A stretch of DNA of 57,285 bases, from the IMG/VR virus record IMGVR_UViG_3300046057_000055, positions 1 to 57,285 of that record; one strand, given 5' to 3'. This DNA is from a virus. Shown here in pieces: positions 16,783-25,974 of the stretch. The notes below the pieces were generated by a model that did no database searches, was not told the origin of the DNA, and saw nothing but the letters and a program-made list of their open reading frames with translations. The position numbers and the translations under genes are program-made. Each line of letters opens with the position of its first letter. Position 1 is the first letter of the stretch.

Positions 16783-17262
16783 CTATTCGTCGACGTCCGT
16801 TCGGTCTGTTGTGTCTGGGGCTGCTCTTTCCGCGAAATCCTCGGTAATCGAATCGTTCAGCGCGATAACACTGACGATCACTAGAGCCAGCCCACCGAGC
16901 AGCGTCACGTAGAGACCTGACCCTGCTGTCACGGTCGACTCTGCGAGCTGCCGCTGTGCTTCTGGCCCCTCGTAGCCGAAGATGAACGGGTCCACGATGT
17001 AGACAGCTGCTAACGTCGAAACGAGGACACCGACGCCGAATACGAGACCCTGTATTTTCTCACGCCACTCCGCGAACGCGAGTGCGAAAATCACTCCGAA
17101 TCCAAGCGGCGCCGTGTACAGGCCGTCGTGGGAAAACCCCGCCTCGGTCGCCGTCGTCCCCAGAACTGAAACTTCAAACCAGGGTAGAAACGCACCGAAG
17201 ATGATAGCAGCAGCGCCGACCAGGCCAACCTGCTGCTCTGTCGAGAGCTCATCAAGTGACAT
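16783..17262 (-). CDS. Four-helix membrane protein inserted between chaperone and tape measure genes (159 aa), moron-like
   Basis: Four hydrophobic segments. Has its own AT-rich upstream region (17263..17308). Locally lower GC. Confidence 0.65.
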   Translation of the reverse strand: MSLDELSTEQQVGLVGAAAIIFGAFLPWFEVSVLGTTATEAGFSHDGLYTAPLGFGVIFALAFAEWREKIQGLVFGVGVLVSTLAAVYIVDPFIFGYEGPEAQRQLAESTVTAGSGLYVTLLGGLALVIVSVIALNDSITEDFAERAAPDTTDRTDVDE

Positions 17263-17308
17263 ACTAACAGATCGGTTTGGGGATATGTTAAAACTGCTGC
17301 CAAGGTGG

Positions 17309-17970
17309 CTATTTATTTCCTCGCCGAGTGAACAGTTCGCTGGCGGCGAGTTCGATCAACTCCAAGTCGCGGATGGAACATTCACGAGCCTCTCGCGGCG
17401 AGATACCGCAAACGCCGGCGATACCGATGAGCAGGTCGGCCCGAGCACCTACTGAGAGCTCTCGCTGATCTCCTCGTAGAGCGCTCTGTAGTTTGTCTCT
17501 CCGTTTCCCCCCACGCCAGTGAGTGCGTCGATCCTGTCCTGCGCCCACTTGAGGAACGCAACCGGGAGGTCCGAGATCGTTGCGACGCGCTCGTCCTCGC
17601 CCATGCTGTCGTCGACGTACGGCGCATCGACAGTGCCCTTGGCGACCTGGTAGACGCGGACAGCACCAGCGCCACCACCGTGCTCGCCGACGTCGTCCTC
17701 GAGGGCGCCGAATTCGCCGCCGGTCAGCCCGCCGAACGTAACGGCGTCGACGTCGGCGTCCCACATGGGAGCGTACTCGGCGTCGAACGCCTCGTCGCGA
17801 GCCCAGCGGACGCCCTGCAGATGCGTCTCCACTTGGGCCCGTTCGGTCTCGAAGCGCTGTCGGATGTCGCTGTTGTCGACGTCGTTGAGGACGTCGTTGA
17901 TCTCGTCGAGCTTGTCCTCGAGACGCTGCTCCTCCTCGTCGAAGTTGTAGGTTTCCGTGCGTAGAGGCAT
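17309..17970 (-). CDS. GT-like -1 frameshift fusion product (about 220 aa)
   Basis: The -1 frame is open from the slip site to TAG at 17309..17311. It encodes ...ADLLIGIAGVCGISPREARECSIRDLELIELAASELFTRRGNK. I checked the frame arithmetic by hand. Confidence 0.55.
17449..17970 (-). CDS. Tail assembly chaperone G-like (173 aa)
   Basis: Acidic protein directly after the major tail protein gene. Contains the slippery heptamer near its 3' end. Confidence 0.65.
   Translation of the reverse strand: MPLRTETYNFDEEEQRLEDKLDEINDVLNDVDNSDIRQRFETERAQVETHLQGVRWARDEAFDAEYAPMWDADVDAVTFGGLTGGEFGALEDDVGEHGGGAGAVRVYQVAKGTVDAPYVDDSMGEDERVATISDLPVAFLKWAQDRIDALTGVGGNGETNYRALYEEISESSQ
17503..17509 (-). other. Slippery heptamer G_GGA_AAC (programmed -1 ribosomal frameshift site)
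   Basis: Reads gtg ggg gga aac in the zero frame. Fits the X_XXY_YYZ pattern and resembles the lambda G/GT site G_GGA_AAG. Confidence 0.55.
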
Positions 17971-17975
17971 CGTGA

Positions 17976-18902
17976 TCAGGCGATTGTGACGCCGCCAGTG
18001 ACGTTGAACTGGGTCGTGTCGGTCGTGTCTGTGTCTCCGTCCGTGATCAGGTCGTTCCAGCCGTGCGTGGTCGGCTTGAGCTTCGGCAGTTGATACGCCG
18101 ATACGGACGCCCCGTCGACGGCGACGTCGAACGAGCCAGACACGCTGTCCATCCGGGCCGCGGTCGTCGTCGCACCGGTGCCGCCGTAGGCGAGTTCGGT
18201 TCTCGAAGGGCCGGAGAAGATCGCGTCGGCAGTGAGCTCCGTTTCGGGCTTCGCGAGGACTGCGTCGACGGCGATGTGATCGGCGCCGCGCTGGAGCCGG
18301 CTGATGTTGCTGATCGACAGCTCGGCCGACTGGAGTTTCGTAACCTCGGCGCCGTCGACGTCGAGCGTGACGCCGTGGAACATCGCCGACGTGCCGTCGG
18401 TGACGCTGTTGATCGACGACGGTGTGATCGACGTGCCGAGTTCCTCGTCGGCGTAGGCCATCGTCAAGCTGTACGAGATCGGCTCGCCCTGATCGTAGCT
18501 GACCGTGTAGTCAAGCGGGATGCAGCCCTTGAGCTCGCGCTCGGCCGTTCCATCGAGGTAGTCGATCCCCGCGTAGACGCGCCCGGATGCCGCTCGTCCA
18601 CGTGTGAATCCGGTGCCGCCGTCGTTGAAGACGAGGTCCTCGACGTCGCCGTGGACGTCCGAGGAGATCACGGCCTCAACGGCGAACGCGCCCTCGAGGT
18701 TGCCCGCGACCGACTCGACGTACTCGGCCTGGTCGGCCTCGCTCAGGTTCTGCAGCGCCCGGTCGAGTTCGAGCTCGGTCACCGTGGGGTCCCGGCCGAA
18801 CTTCCAGTAGTCCGGGTTGCTGTCGGAGTCCGCGTCGACCAGCGAGCCCATGAACGTCTGTTCTTTCCCGAACGCGAGAGACGCCGCTCCCGCGCCCGTC
18901 AT
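17976..18902 (-). CDS. Major tail protein candidate (308 aa)
   Basis: Lies between the neck genes and the chaperone pair. There is no sheath-sized gene, so the morphology is siphovirus-like. Confidence 0.55.
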   Translation of the reverse strand: MTGAGAASLAFGKEQTFMGSLVDADSDSNPDYWKFGRDPTVTELELDRALQNLSEADQAEYVESVAGNLEGAFAVEAVISSDVHGDVEDLVFNDGGTGFTRGRAASGRVYAGIDYLDGTAERELKGCIPLDYTVSYDQGEPISYSLTMAYADEELGTSITPSSINSVTDGTSAMFHGVTLDVDGAEVTKLQSAELSISNISRLQRGADHIAVDAVLAKPETELTADAIFSGPSRTELAYGGTGATTTAARMDSVSGSFDVAVDGASVSAYQLPKLKPTTHGWNDLITDGDTDTTDTTQFNVTGGVTIA

Positions 18903-18950
18903 GCTGTGCCTCCGTCAGTGTTATCGTATCGAATCATGGTTGTCTCACTC

Positions 18951-19466
18951 TCAGGGTAGGGATGCGTAGCCGATCAGGCGGACGTCCCAGTCGCGTCGGA
19001 AGTAGTCCATGTTCTCCTCGCTCAGATCAGTCTCGTTTTCGACGACCAGGGTGTGGTACGCGACCGAGCCAATGTCGTTGCCCCCGACGTCGTCGACAGT
19101 TGGGTAGGACCGCTCGACATCGAGCGCGTGCTGGGCGTAGCGTACCAGCCGTTCAAAGTCGGTCGTAGAGTCGACATGCCCATACTCAGCAGCAGTGAGC
19201 GCTTCCAACCGACACGAGATCGTCGTCTCGACGCGCTTGTCGTACTCCGCCCCGACCGGTTCGGACATCCTATCGGCGAGTGATGCGCCGATCGCTGACC
19301 ACTGCTTGAGCTCAAGTGACCGCTTGCGCTGGCCCGTCTCGAGGATCTCCGGTTCGTCGCGGTTGATCCGTGCCAACACCGGATCCCCGTCGCCGTCCGC
19401 CGGCCAGCTGTCTGGCCAGTTCACCTTGACGGTCTCAAGTACCCACGTCACTTCGTCCTGAACCAT
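18951..19466 (-). CDS. Neck / tail-terminator-like protein (171 aa)
   Basis: Called on position in the head-tail joining block only. Confidence 0.4.
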   Translation of the reverse strand: MVQDEVTWVLETVKVNWPDSWPADGDGDPVLARINRDEPEILETGQRKRSLELKQWSAIGASLADRMSEPVGAEYDKRVETTISCRLEALTAAEYGHVDSTTDFERLVRYAQHALDVERSYPTVDDVGGNDIGSVAYHTLVVENETDLSEENMDYFRRDWDVRLIGYASLP

Positions 19467-19469
19467 CGC

Positions 19470-19931
19470 TTAGCTCACCTCCTGTCGAAGCCAGTTGATA
19501 CCGGCCTGGACGAACCGCGACTCCGGGAGTCCGGAGACATCGACCTCCGGGAGGAACGCCGTCCCATCAGGGAACATCTCCTTCAGGTGCGGATACTCAT
19601 CGCCGTCGAATCGGAAGACAAGGACGGGATCTCCTTCGATGGTGTGGTCGCTGGTCCCGTTGTTGTAGAACGCGGCCACCTCGTGCTCCCAGCGCCAGGA
19701 TACCTCCAGCTCGGTGTCTGACCGAGATATTTCGACGCCGGCGAACGAGTCGATGATCGGCTCGGCGTCGTAGTCGTTTCGGGAGGCGTAGCTGCGGAGC
19801 GTTCCGTGCGAGACACGCATCGCTTGGTAGACGAGGGATCGAGTGTTGCCGACCAGCTCGGCTTCGGCCTCGTCAAGCACTGGCGACGGGCCCTCAATCG
19901 AGAACGATACGCGGGCGTCAGTTTCCGCCAT
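19470..19931 (-). CDS. Head-tail joining protein candidate (153 aa)
   Basis: ATG 19931 (MAETDARV...) is preferred over the R-rich ORF-track extension. Called on position only. Confidence 0.4.
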   Translation of the reverse strand: MAETDARVSFSIEGPSPVLDEAEAELVGNTRSLVYQAMRVSHGTLRSYASRNDYDAEPIIDSFAGVEISRSDTELEVSWRWEHEVAAFYNNGTSDHTIEGDPVLVFRFDGDEYPHLKEMFPDGTAFLPEVDVSGLPESRFVQAGINWLRQEVS

Positions 19932-20175
19932 CGTTGTCCTCCGTGTCGCTGCCCTGCAGATCCTGCGCTGTCTCGAGGGCGTCGTCCATCGTTCGCTTGC
20001 CAAACACGCGGTAGGCGCCGCCGATCACGATCGCCAGCACGACGAGTTGCCAGAGCGCCCCCAGCGACTCGCCTGTCCACTCGCCGTGCGCCCACAGCCC
20101 GACGACCGCGAGGATCACGATGGCGCCCACGACGGACGCCAGCGCGCGGTAGGGGCGGGCCGGTTTGATCGGCAT
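19918..20175 (-). CDS. Small two-helix membrane protein (85 aa)
   Basis: ALASVVGAIVILAVVGLW and LWQLVVLAIVIGGAY hydrophobic segments. GGAGGTG lies upstream. GTG 20178 is an alternative start. Confidence 0.5.
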   Translation of the reverse strand: MPIKPARPYRALASVVGAIVILAVVGLWAHGEWTGESLGALWQLVVLAIVIGGAYRVFGKRTMDDALETAQDLQGSDTEDNDGGN

Positions 20176-21050
20176 CACGGCACCTCCGCGTCGGGCTCAA
20201 GGAGCTTCCGAGCACGCTCTTTCATCTCGTCGGCCTTCGACTCGATGTTGTAGATGGTCGCGTTCTCGGGGATCTCGATGCTCGCCTCTTCGACGAACTC
20301 GGCGCCGGCGAAGTTCGCGACCGCCCTGCGGACGGTCCGCGGGATGCCCTCGTGGCCGTAGTCCCAGTCCGGGTACACAGCCTTCGACAGGCTGGCGATC
20401 TCGTCATCAAGCGAGTGGACGTTGATGTAGAGTTCGCTGATGCCGTCGTTGTTGACGCGGCCCCAGTAGTCCTCGCCCCGGTGCGTAGTGCCGACGCCGC
20501 CCTCGTAGTCGTCGCTGGCCACCCAGTCGTCGAACCCGCCGTCGGCGTTGATGACGTTGAGTTCGTTGATCGCGTCGACATCCTTCCGATCGAGGCGGAT
20601 CCGCGTGTACGCCGGGATGCTGTCGTCGGCCGGCGGTTCGAGCGCCTCGGACGAGCCAACCGAGATGCGGATCTCCTGTTTGAGCTCCCGCCGCTCGTGG
20701 CGCCGGCGTTCGTACGCCGGCCCGGACTCGAGTAGCGCGTCGCTGTTCTGCCGACGGTGGTGGCGATCGCGTTCGCTGGCGCCGTGAACCATCGCCCCGT
20801 GACGAGGGAGATCCTCTTCGTCGTGTCGCGTCTTCGGACTCGTCGGGATGTCGATTGCGTCGGCCTCGTCCAGGATGTCAGCGCTGTTGGGGGCGTACCA
20901 GTGGCGCTTATAGGTCCGCTCGAGCCACTGACTCTGGGACGTGACCGCATCGATCGCGATCTGTTTGTCCTGCTCGATGTCGCCCGGGAGCGATGCTGAT
21001 CGCAACGCTCGCCGGAGATCCTCGAGCGTGCAGTAGCCTACTGGATCCAT
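20175..21050 (-). CDS. Head-tail connector/adaptor candidate (291 aa)
   Basis: N-terminus YCTLEDLRRALRS resembles gp6-type connector N-termini. Position downstream of the capsid genes. Confidence 0.4.
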   Translation of the reverse strand: MDPVGYCTLEDLRRALRSASLPGDIEQDKQIAIDAVTSQSQWLERTYKRHWYAPNSADILDEADAIDIPTSPKTRHDEEDLPRHGAMVHGASERDRHHRRQNSDALLESGPAYERRRHERRELKQEIRISVGSSEALEPPADDSIPAYTRIRLDRKDVDAINELNVINADGGFDDWVASDDYEGGVGTTHRGEDYWGRVNNDGISELYINVHSLDDEIASLSKAVYPDWDYGHEGIPRTVRRAVANFAGAEFVEEASIEIPENATIYNIESKADEMKERARKLLEPDAEVP

Positions 21051-21056
21051 GGAGAG

Positions 21057-21368
21057 TTACCCTCCGCCGGCCATCAGCGTGATCGTTGCCTGGTCACCGG
21101 CGGTGCCGGTCCCGCTCGAACACCGAACGCGCACCTCGACGTCGCCCGTCTCGTAGACATCGTCGTAGTCAGCGCTACCGGTCAGCTCATCGTCGACGTT
21201 CTGGATCCACTCGCCGCCGCGTCGACGGGCGTCCCACTGGTAGTCCGCAGCGGCGTCGCCCCGGATGTGCAGCGAGGCGATCGATGCACCGAGCATCCGG
21301 ATCGAGGCGGATCCGCCGGCAGTCTCGATGTCGATCGTCTTCTCGGCGACCTGTGGCGATTCAGGCAT
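21057..21368 (-). CDS. Hypothetical structural-module protein (103 aa)
   Basis: ORF track. Tightly packed in the head module. Confidence 0.5.
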   Translation of the reverse strand: MPESPQVAEKTIDIETAGGSASIRMLGASIASLHIRGDAAADYQWDARRRGGEWIQNVDDELTGSADYDDVYETGDVEVRVRCSSGTGTAGDQATITLMAGGG

Positions 21369-21371
21369 GCG

Positions 21372-21569
21372 TTAGCCCTCCCTCTTGAGCGTGTACGCCG
21401 TGCCCTTCGGGATGAACACTTCAAGGCGCGTGTTGTCCGGGCCGTCGGTGACAGTGATTCGCTCACCATTCTCGGTGCTCTCTGTTGTGACCGCCTCGGG
21501 ATCCGTCTCGAACGTCTCCGTTCTGGCAGGATTTGTGTCGTAGATACAGACGGTGAACTCCTGAACCAT
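21372..21569 (-). CDS. Hypothetical structural-module protein (65 aa)
   Basis: ORF track. Acidic. 3-nt intergenic gaps on both sides. Confidence 0.5.
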   Translation of the reverse strand: MVQEFTVCIYDTNPARTETFETDPEAVTTESTENGERITVTDGPDNTRLEVFIPKGTAYTLKREG

Positions 21570-21572
21570 CGG

Positions 21573-22061
21573 TTAGCCCTCCAGTTCGTCCAGCCGGTCG
21601 TCGATCGCGTCCAGGGCGCCGGTGCGGTTCTTGTCGGCCGTCTCGAGCTCCTTGATCGCGTCGAGCTCTTCGACGTTGTCGACGTCCTGAACGAGCTCGG
21701 CGATCTCATCGTTCGTCTGCTCGCTGGGATCGAACGCGACCGCGTCGCGGACCGTCTCGATGCCGTTCTCGAACGACTCGGCGTCGGCGTCGGCGGCCAG
21801 GAACTCGGACGGCTCCGGAAGTTCCTCGACGTCATTGTCGCCAGCGCCAGCCTCGCCCTCATCGTCATCGCCGGCGTCCTCGGTGTCGTCGACGGGCTCG
21901 AACTCGGCGTCCGTGACCTCGATCCGCTCGAAGTCGCCGCGCTCGTCGCAGAGGTACGCGGCCATCTCGTCGTCGACGCCAGCGCGATCGCCGACCGTGA
22001 AGCGCCGCTCCAGCGGGCGGACGTAGACTCGCCCGCCCTGGACCTTCTCAACTGTCGGCAT
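21573..22061 (-). CDS. Hypothetical acidic head-module protein (162 aa)
   Basis: ATG 22061 (MPTVEKVQGGRVYV...) chosen. The upstream 133 aa of the ORF-track ORF are R/H-rich shadow sequence overlapping 22064..22441. Confidence 0.55.
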   Translation of the reverse strand: MPTVEKVQGGRVYVRPLERRFTVGDRAGVDDEMAAYLCDERGDFERIEVTDAEFEPVDDTEDAGDDDEGEAGAGDNDVEELPEPSEFLAADADAESFENGIETVRDAVAFDPSEQTNDEIAELVQDVDNVEELDAIKELETADKNRTGALDAIDDRLDELEG

Positions 22062-22063
22062 GA

Positions 22064-22441
22064 TCAGGCGCTCCCGGTGGCGACCACGACCCAGCCCGAT
22101 GCCGTGCCGTCGATGTTCAGGACGGTCGCCGTAGCGCCCTGTGTGGTGATGTTGCTCGGTCCGGTGCCGACGAAGTCCGCATCCGCGAACGACAGCGTCG
22201 GTGTGTTCGCGCCGCCGTCGTGGACGACCGTGACCTCCCGGCCCTCCGCAGCGGCGGTCGAGAGGTCGACCGTGTTCGTCCCGTCGGCCGTGACGATGTG
22301 GACGTCGGTGTCCTCGGAGACGGCCGTGTCGGCGCCGTTCGCGGGCGCGTCGGTCGCGACGTTGCCGCGGGCGCCGTCGGCGAGCGCGAGCCCGCGCTCG
22401 TAGCGGTCGCGGATCTCCGCGTTGGTGGTGGGTCCTGCCAT
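22064..22441 (-). CDS. Hypothetical head-module protein (125 aa), possible decoration protein
   Basis: ORF track. Lies shortly downstream of the major capsid gene (after the 60-aa ORF 22441..22623). Function is a guess. Confidence 0.45.
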   Translation of the reverse strand: MAGPTTNAEIRDRYERGLALADGARGNVATDAPANGADTAVSEDTDVHIVTADGTNTVDLSTAAAEGREVTVVHDGGANTPTLSFADADFVGTGPSNITTQGATATVLNIDGTASGWVVVATGSA

Positions 22442-22623
22442 CAGTTGCCGACCTCCTCACCGTCGATGTAGATGTCGACTGGTTCCTCTTCCGGGATGCG
22501 GTACTCGGTTCCCTGTGCCTGGATCACGACCGCGTCGTCGGCGTCGTGGCTGTGATAGACATCGGCGAGCGGCTCGTCGTCGTGGTCATCGGGTGTGCCC
22601 CGATAGACCGTTGTGCGCGTCAT
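22441..22623 (-). CDS. Hypothetical small acidic protein (60 aa)
   Basis: ORF track. Its stop overlaps the next start. Confidence 0.45.
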   Translation of the reverse strand: MTRTTVYRGTPDDHDDEPLADVYHSHDADDAVVIQAQGTEYRIPEEEPVDIYIDGEEVGN

Positions 22624-22637
22624 GTCAGATCACCACG

Positions 22638-23690
22638 TTAGGCCGCGGGGTCCTCGATGTTCGTGACCAGCGCGCCCGCCTGGAGGGACTTGATCTGGAA
22701 GTCGAACTGCCCTTCGAGCCAGTTGCGCGAGTGCAGCGCGTTCTCGTTGACCTTGTCGGAGTTGGTCGTCTGGTCGAGTTCCATCTCGCGGAACAGGCCG
22801 TACGCCAGGTTCTCCGGATCGGTGAGCATGGCGTAGCCGTTCGGCCAGCCGTTGACGCCGATGATGTCGTACTCGAAGGGCGTGACGTCGCCGTCGCCCA
22901 TGAGGACGGCAGCGCCGCCGACGTCCTCGCGCTCGGTCAGGTCGTAGTTGTACTGCTGAACCTGGTCTGGACTGCACAGCCAGACGACATCGTCGGGGTC
23001 GCGGAAGCGCGGGTCCAGCGCCTGGACGCCGTCGTTGAACATCTTCGTGTCGATGGGGGCGTCGCCCATGTCGACTTCGGGCATCGAGTCGACATCGCCC
23101 GCTGCGGTGTCCTCGAGACCGATACGGTCCGAGTTGCTGTCCTTGCCCTCAGCGACGGCGATCCAGCCGTTCCAGGTGGAGTCGAGATCCGACGCGCCGG
23201 CGCCGGCGTAGGCCTCGAGGTTGCCGTTGGTGGCGTTGGCCCGCATGCCGATCAGGCCGATGTCGTTCGCCCAGCGCTGGATGAACTCGTCGATGATGTA
23301 CTGCCCGAACTCGTCGTCCTCGTAGTGGGTGTTCTTCAGCGCGTCGCGGTTGGGCTCGACGAGGATGTAGTACTGCTTGTCGGTAGTGTTGAACTTCACC
23401 TCGCCGGACTCGGCGTCGGAGCCCTGGGTCCGGTTGCCCTCCTCGTCGCGCGTGTTGCCCGAAAGCATCGGGACGCCGAACCGGGGGACGTCCATTTCGA
23501 GGCGGTCGAGCGGCATCACGTCGGCCATGCCAAGGATCTCGATCTCCTCCTGCGTCCGGGTGAGGAACTCCTCGAACGTCTCGGGGTCGAGCTGGTAGCC
23601 GTCCAGCTCCGCCAGGCCGATGTCCTTCTGCGTGCCGTGCAGGGCGTCGCGGTTCTGCTGTCGTGCCGGGGAAAGAGAGTTGGGACTCAT
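22638..23690 (-). CDS. Major capsid protein candidate, HK97-type (350 aa)
   Basis: Size and position immediately after the protease-scaffold gene. No motif was verified. Confidence 0.7.
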   Translation of the reverse strand: MSPNSLSPARQQNRDALHGTQKDIGLAELDGYQLDPETFEEFLTRTQEEIEILGMADVMPLDRLEMDVPRFGVPMLSGNTRDEEGNRTQGSDAESGEVKFNTTDKQYYILVEPNRDALKNTHYEDDEFGQYIIDEFIQRWANDIGLIGMRANATNGNLEAYAGAGASDLDSTWNGWIAVAEGKDSNSDRIGLEDTAAGDVDSMPEVDMGDAPIDTKMFNDGVQALDPRFRDPDDVVWLCSPDQVQQYNYDLTEREDVGGAAVLMGDGDVTPFEYDIIGVNGWPNGYAMLTDPENLAYGLFREMELDQTTNSDKVNENALHSRNWLEGQFDFQIKSLQAGALVTNIEDPAA

Positions 23691-23702
23691 CTGTTGACCT
23701 CG

Positions 23703-25616
23703 TTAGTTGAGCATCTTGCCGAGCTGGTCGAGGCTGCCGTCCTCGCCGCCCTCGTCGGTGCCTGCGTCGCGTTCGAGCTGCGTCGAGACGCCGGACTGCT
23801 GGGAGATCGTGTCCAGGCGGTCCTCGACCTCGTCGACGCGTTCCGCCTTCTCGTTGAGCCGCTCGATCGCATCGGCGACGCCGATGTCCGATTCCTCGTC
23901 GACGCCGAGTGCGGCCTTTGCTGCGTCCTCGCGGACCTCGTAGGTCTCGCCGTCGATCTCGATTTCCGCAGTCTTCGCCTCTGGGCCGGAGAACGTCTCG
24001 GTGAGGTTCTCGACCGCCTGCGTCAGGTCGCTGATCTGTTCTGCGTTCTGTTCGGCGAGGCTTTTGTCGTTCTCGTCGTCGGGGGTGTCATCACTCATGT
24101 CTGTGGTGTCTGAGTCAGTGTCGTCATCCGGCGTATCGCCGCCGGCGTCGTCGTTGGATGGCGATTCGTTACTGGCCGAAGCTGCCTTCCGATGGACTCG
24201 CTGGGCCATGTTGGCCAGCTGGTCTGTGGGACTGTCGACCGTCCCAAGCGACTCGATCACGTTGTTGGTCGCTTGTTCAAGGTCATCGATGCTCCCGTAG
24301 ATAGAGACGTGCGGGTCGTCGAGCGGGTCCGGGAACGCCTCCCGGCGCCAGTCGACATACACGTCATGTTCTGGGAAGTTGACGCCCATCCCGAGTAGAT
24401 CGCCGTCGTAGTCCGTGTCGTCGTTATCCGAAGCCACGACGCGGAACACGTCAACGCCAACGGTGTCATCTTTGGTGACGGACTTCGCGTTGCTGACCTC
24501 GTCGTCTTCGTCGTCTTCGCCGTCCTCCTCATCGTCGTCGACGTCGAGGTCATCGGGATCGTCGCCCCACGTGCGGCCGTCGTGCTCGGAGAGGTCGAAG
24601 TCGACGTCGTCACGGTCGGTGAACCGCTCGATGCCGTGCTCGATGCCGGCGTCTTCGAGGACGTCCGCCGCCGAGTCGATCGTCGCGAACAGCGAGTGCT
24701 GGTTTGCGGTCGACAGAGTGCGCCCCTCCTTCGCGGCGCCGTCCGCATCCTCGGGGGACTTCGATGCGCCCGCCCCGTCATCGGTGCCGAACGTCGGGTC
24801 CGGGTTGGCGGTGGGCCCTGCCGCGGCCTCGGAGTCGCCACCGGTCAGTGCCGAGAGGAACGCCTTCCCGGCCCGGTGGAGCGTCGACTGCTTGCCGGGC
24901 AGGTCCGAGCCATCGACGTCGACGGCCTCGTTAAGGACATCCCAGAGCTGCTGGGCATCGGCCTCGGAGTGGCCGCGCTTCTGGGCCTCCTCCAGGAACC
25001 CATCCAGATCGCCGAGGTAGTCGCCGAGGCGCTTCTCGGTGTCGGCCTTCGTCTCGAGGATCTGGGCGTCGGGCACCGCGGGGATGTCGACCGCCGAGAC
25101 CTCGCGGATGGTCGCACTGACGAGCTCCCAGACGTGGGGGTTCTCACCGAGATCGTCTGGCGCGTCGACGTCGTCGACGGCGTCGTCGTCCAGTTCGTAC
25201 GGGCCATCCCAGTGGACGTCGATCGCCCCGATGGAGTAGCCCGCGAGGACGTCGTCAGCGATGAGCTCCCAGAGGCTGTTTTCGTTGATGCGCCATTCCT
25301 GGACCCACGCGCCGGCGTCGACGGTCTCGCCGCCGATCTCCTCGCTCTCGTCGAGGACTTCGTTGCGCTCGAGGTCCATCCAGTCGTCGGGGAAGACGGC
25401 GTGCATGATGCCGCCGCCCGCCTCGCCGGCCTCGACGAACGTCTCGAACTGGTCGGCGAACCCCCGGATGGTCTCCTCACGAGCGAAGTCGTGCTGGAGG
25501 TCCGCCTTGTCGGGGACCATCACGATGCCAGCGGCGACCTGCTCGTCGTCGTCCTTCGTGACGAACTCGACATCCTTGCGGAACTGCTCGCCGCCGGCCT
25601 TCGTTACGGGCGGCAT
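23703..25616 (-). CDS. Prohead protease fused to an acidic scaffold domain (637 aa)
   Basis: N-terminal ~190 aa look like an HK97-family prohead protease (...GIVMVPDKADLQHD...AGYSIGA...). The rest is a long D/E-rich region with a C-terminal coiled coil. Confidence 0.65.
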   Translation of the reverse strand: MPPVTKAGGEQFRKDVEFVTKDDDEQVAAGIVMVPDKADLQHDFAREETIRGFADQFETFVEAGEAGGGIMHAVFPDDWMDLERNEVLDESEEIGGETVDAGAWVQEWRINENSLWELIADDVLAGYSIGAIDVHWDGPYELDDDAVDDVDAPDDLGENPHVWELVSATIREVSAVDIPAVPDAQILETKADTEKRLGDYLGDLDGFLEEAQKRGHSEADAQQLWDVLNEAVDVDGSDLPGKQSTLHRAGKAFLSALTGGDSEAAAGPTANPDPTFGTDDGAGASKSPEDADGAAKEGRTLSTANQHSLFATIDSAADVLEDAGIEHGIERFTDRDDVDFDLSEHDGRTWGDDPDDLDVDDDEEDGEDDEDDEVSNAKSVTKDDTVGVDVFRVVASDNDDTDYDGDLLGMGVNFPEHDVYVDWRREAFPDPLDDPHVSIYGSIDDLEQATNNVIESLGTVDSPTDQLANMAQRVHRKAASASNESPSNDDAGGDTPDDDTDSDTTDMSDDTPDDENDKSLAEQNAEQISDLTQAVENLTETFSGPEAKTAEIEIDGETYEVREDAAKAALGVDEESDIGVADAIERLNEKAERVDEVEDRLDTISQQSGVSTQLERDAGTDEGGEDGSLDQLGKMLN

Positions 25617-25619
25617 GGG

Positions 25620-25733
25620 TCAGTCCTCCTCAGACAGCGCGTTCCTGAGAAAGCCGGTCACGCGGTCGTCGGGATCGCCGTCTTCGATCGCGTGGACGGC
25701 CCGCTGAACGTAGTCGCGTTCTTCAGGAGTCAT
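25620..25733 (-). CDS. Hypothetical small protein (37 aa)
   Basis: Hand translation MTPEERDYVQRAVHAIEDGDPDDRVTGFLRNALSEED. Packed between neighbouring genes. Confidence 0.4.
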   Translation of the reverse strand: MTPEERDYVQRAVHAIEDGDPDDRVTGFLRNALSEED

Positions 25734-25736
25734 CTG

Positions 25737-25880
25737 TCAGCCCTCCGCATCGTCCTCGTCTTCGTCGTCGGCGCGGTCGGAGTCGGCGTCGGCGTCCTTC
25801 GTTTTGTCAAGCTTGTTGGCTCGACCGGTCGAGAGGACGCCTCGCTTCTCGCCGCGCTCCTTGTTTTTCTTTCGTGTCAT
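25737..25880 (-). CDS. Hypothetical small protein with basic N-terminus and acidic C-terminus (47 aa)
   Basis: Hand translation MTRKKNKERGEKRGVLSTGRANKLDKTKDADADSDRADDEDEDDAEG. Confidence 0.4.
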   Translation of the reverse strand: MTRKKNKERGEKRGVLSTGRANKLDKTKDADADSDRADDEDEDDAEG

Positions 25881-25974
25881 CGTGGTCGTAAAGTCGCTTC
25901 AGCCCGGTCGAACCTCACACAGGGGAGTCGGGTCGCTCCCTGGATCATCGGTCGGTTGCTCTGCCAGTACGAGA

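Noticed and set aside
22422-24113. Very long plus-strand ORFs opposite the structural and replication genes. Examples are 21267..22403, 22422..24113, 24582..26075, 29575..31107, 31823..33265, 37313..38527, 39131..40654, 45972..47657 and 51285..52745.
   Set aside because: Their products are R/A/G/V/L-rich and lack acidic haloarchaeal character. They lie antisense to well-formed, motif-bearing genes. These are the typical shadow ORFs of high-GC DNA.
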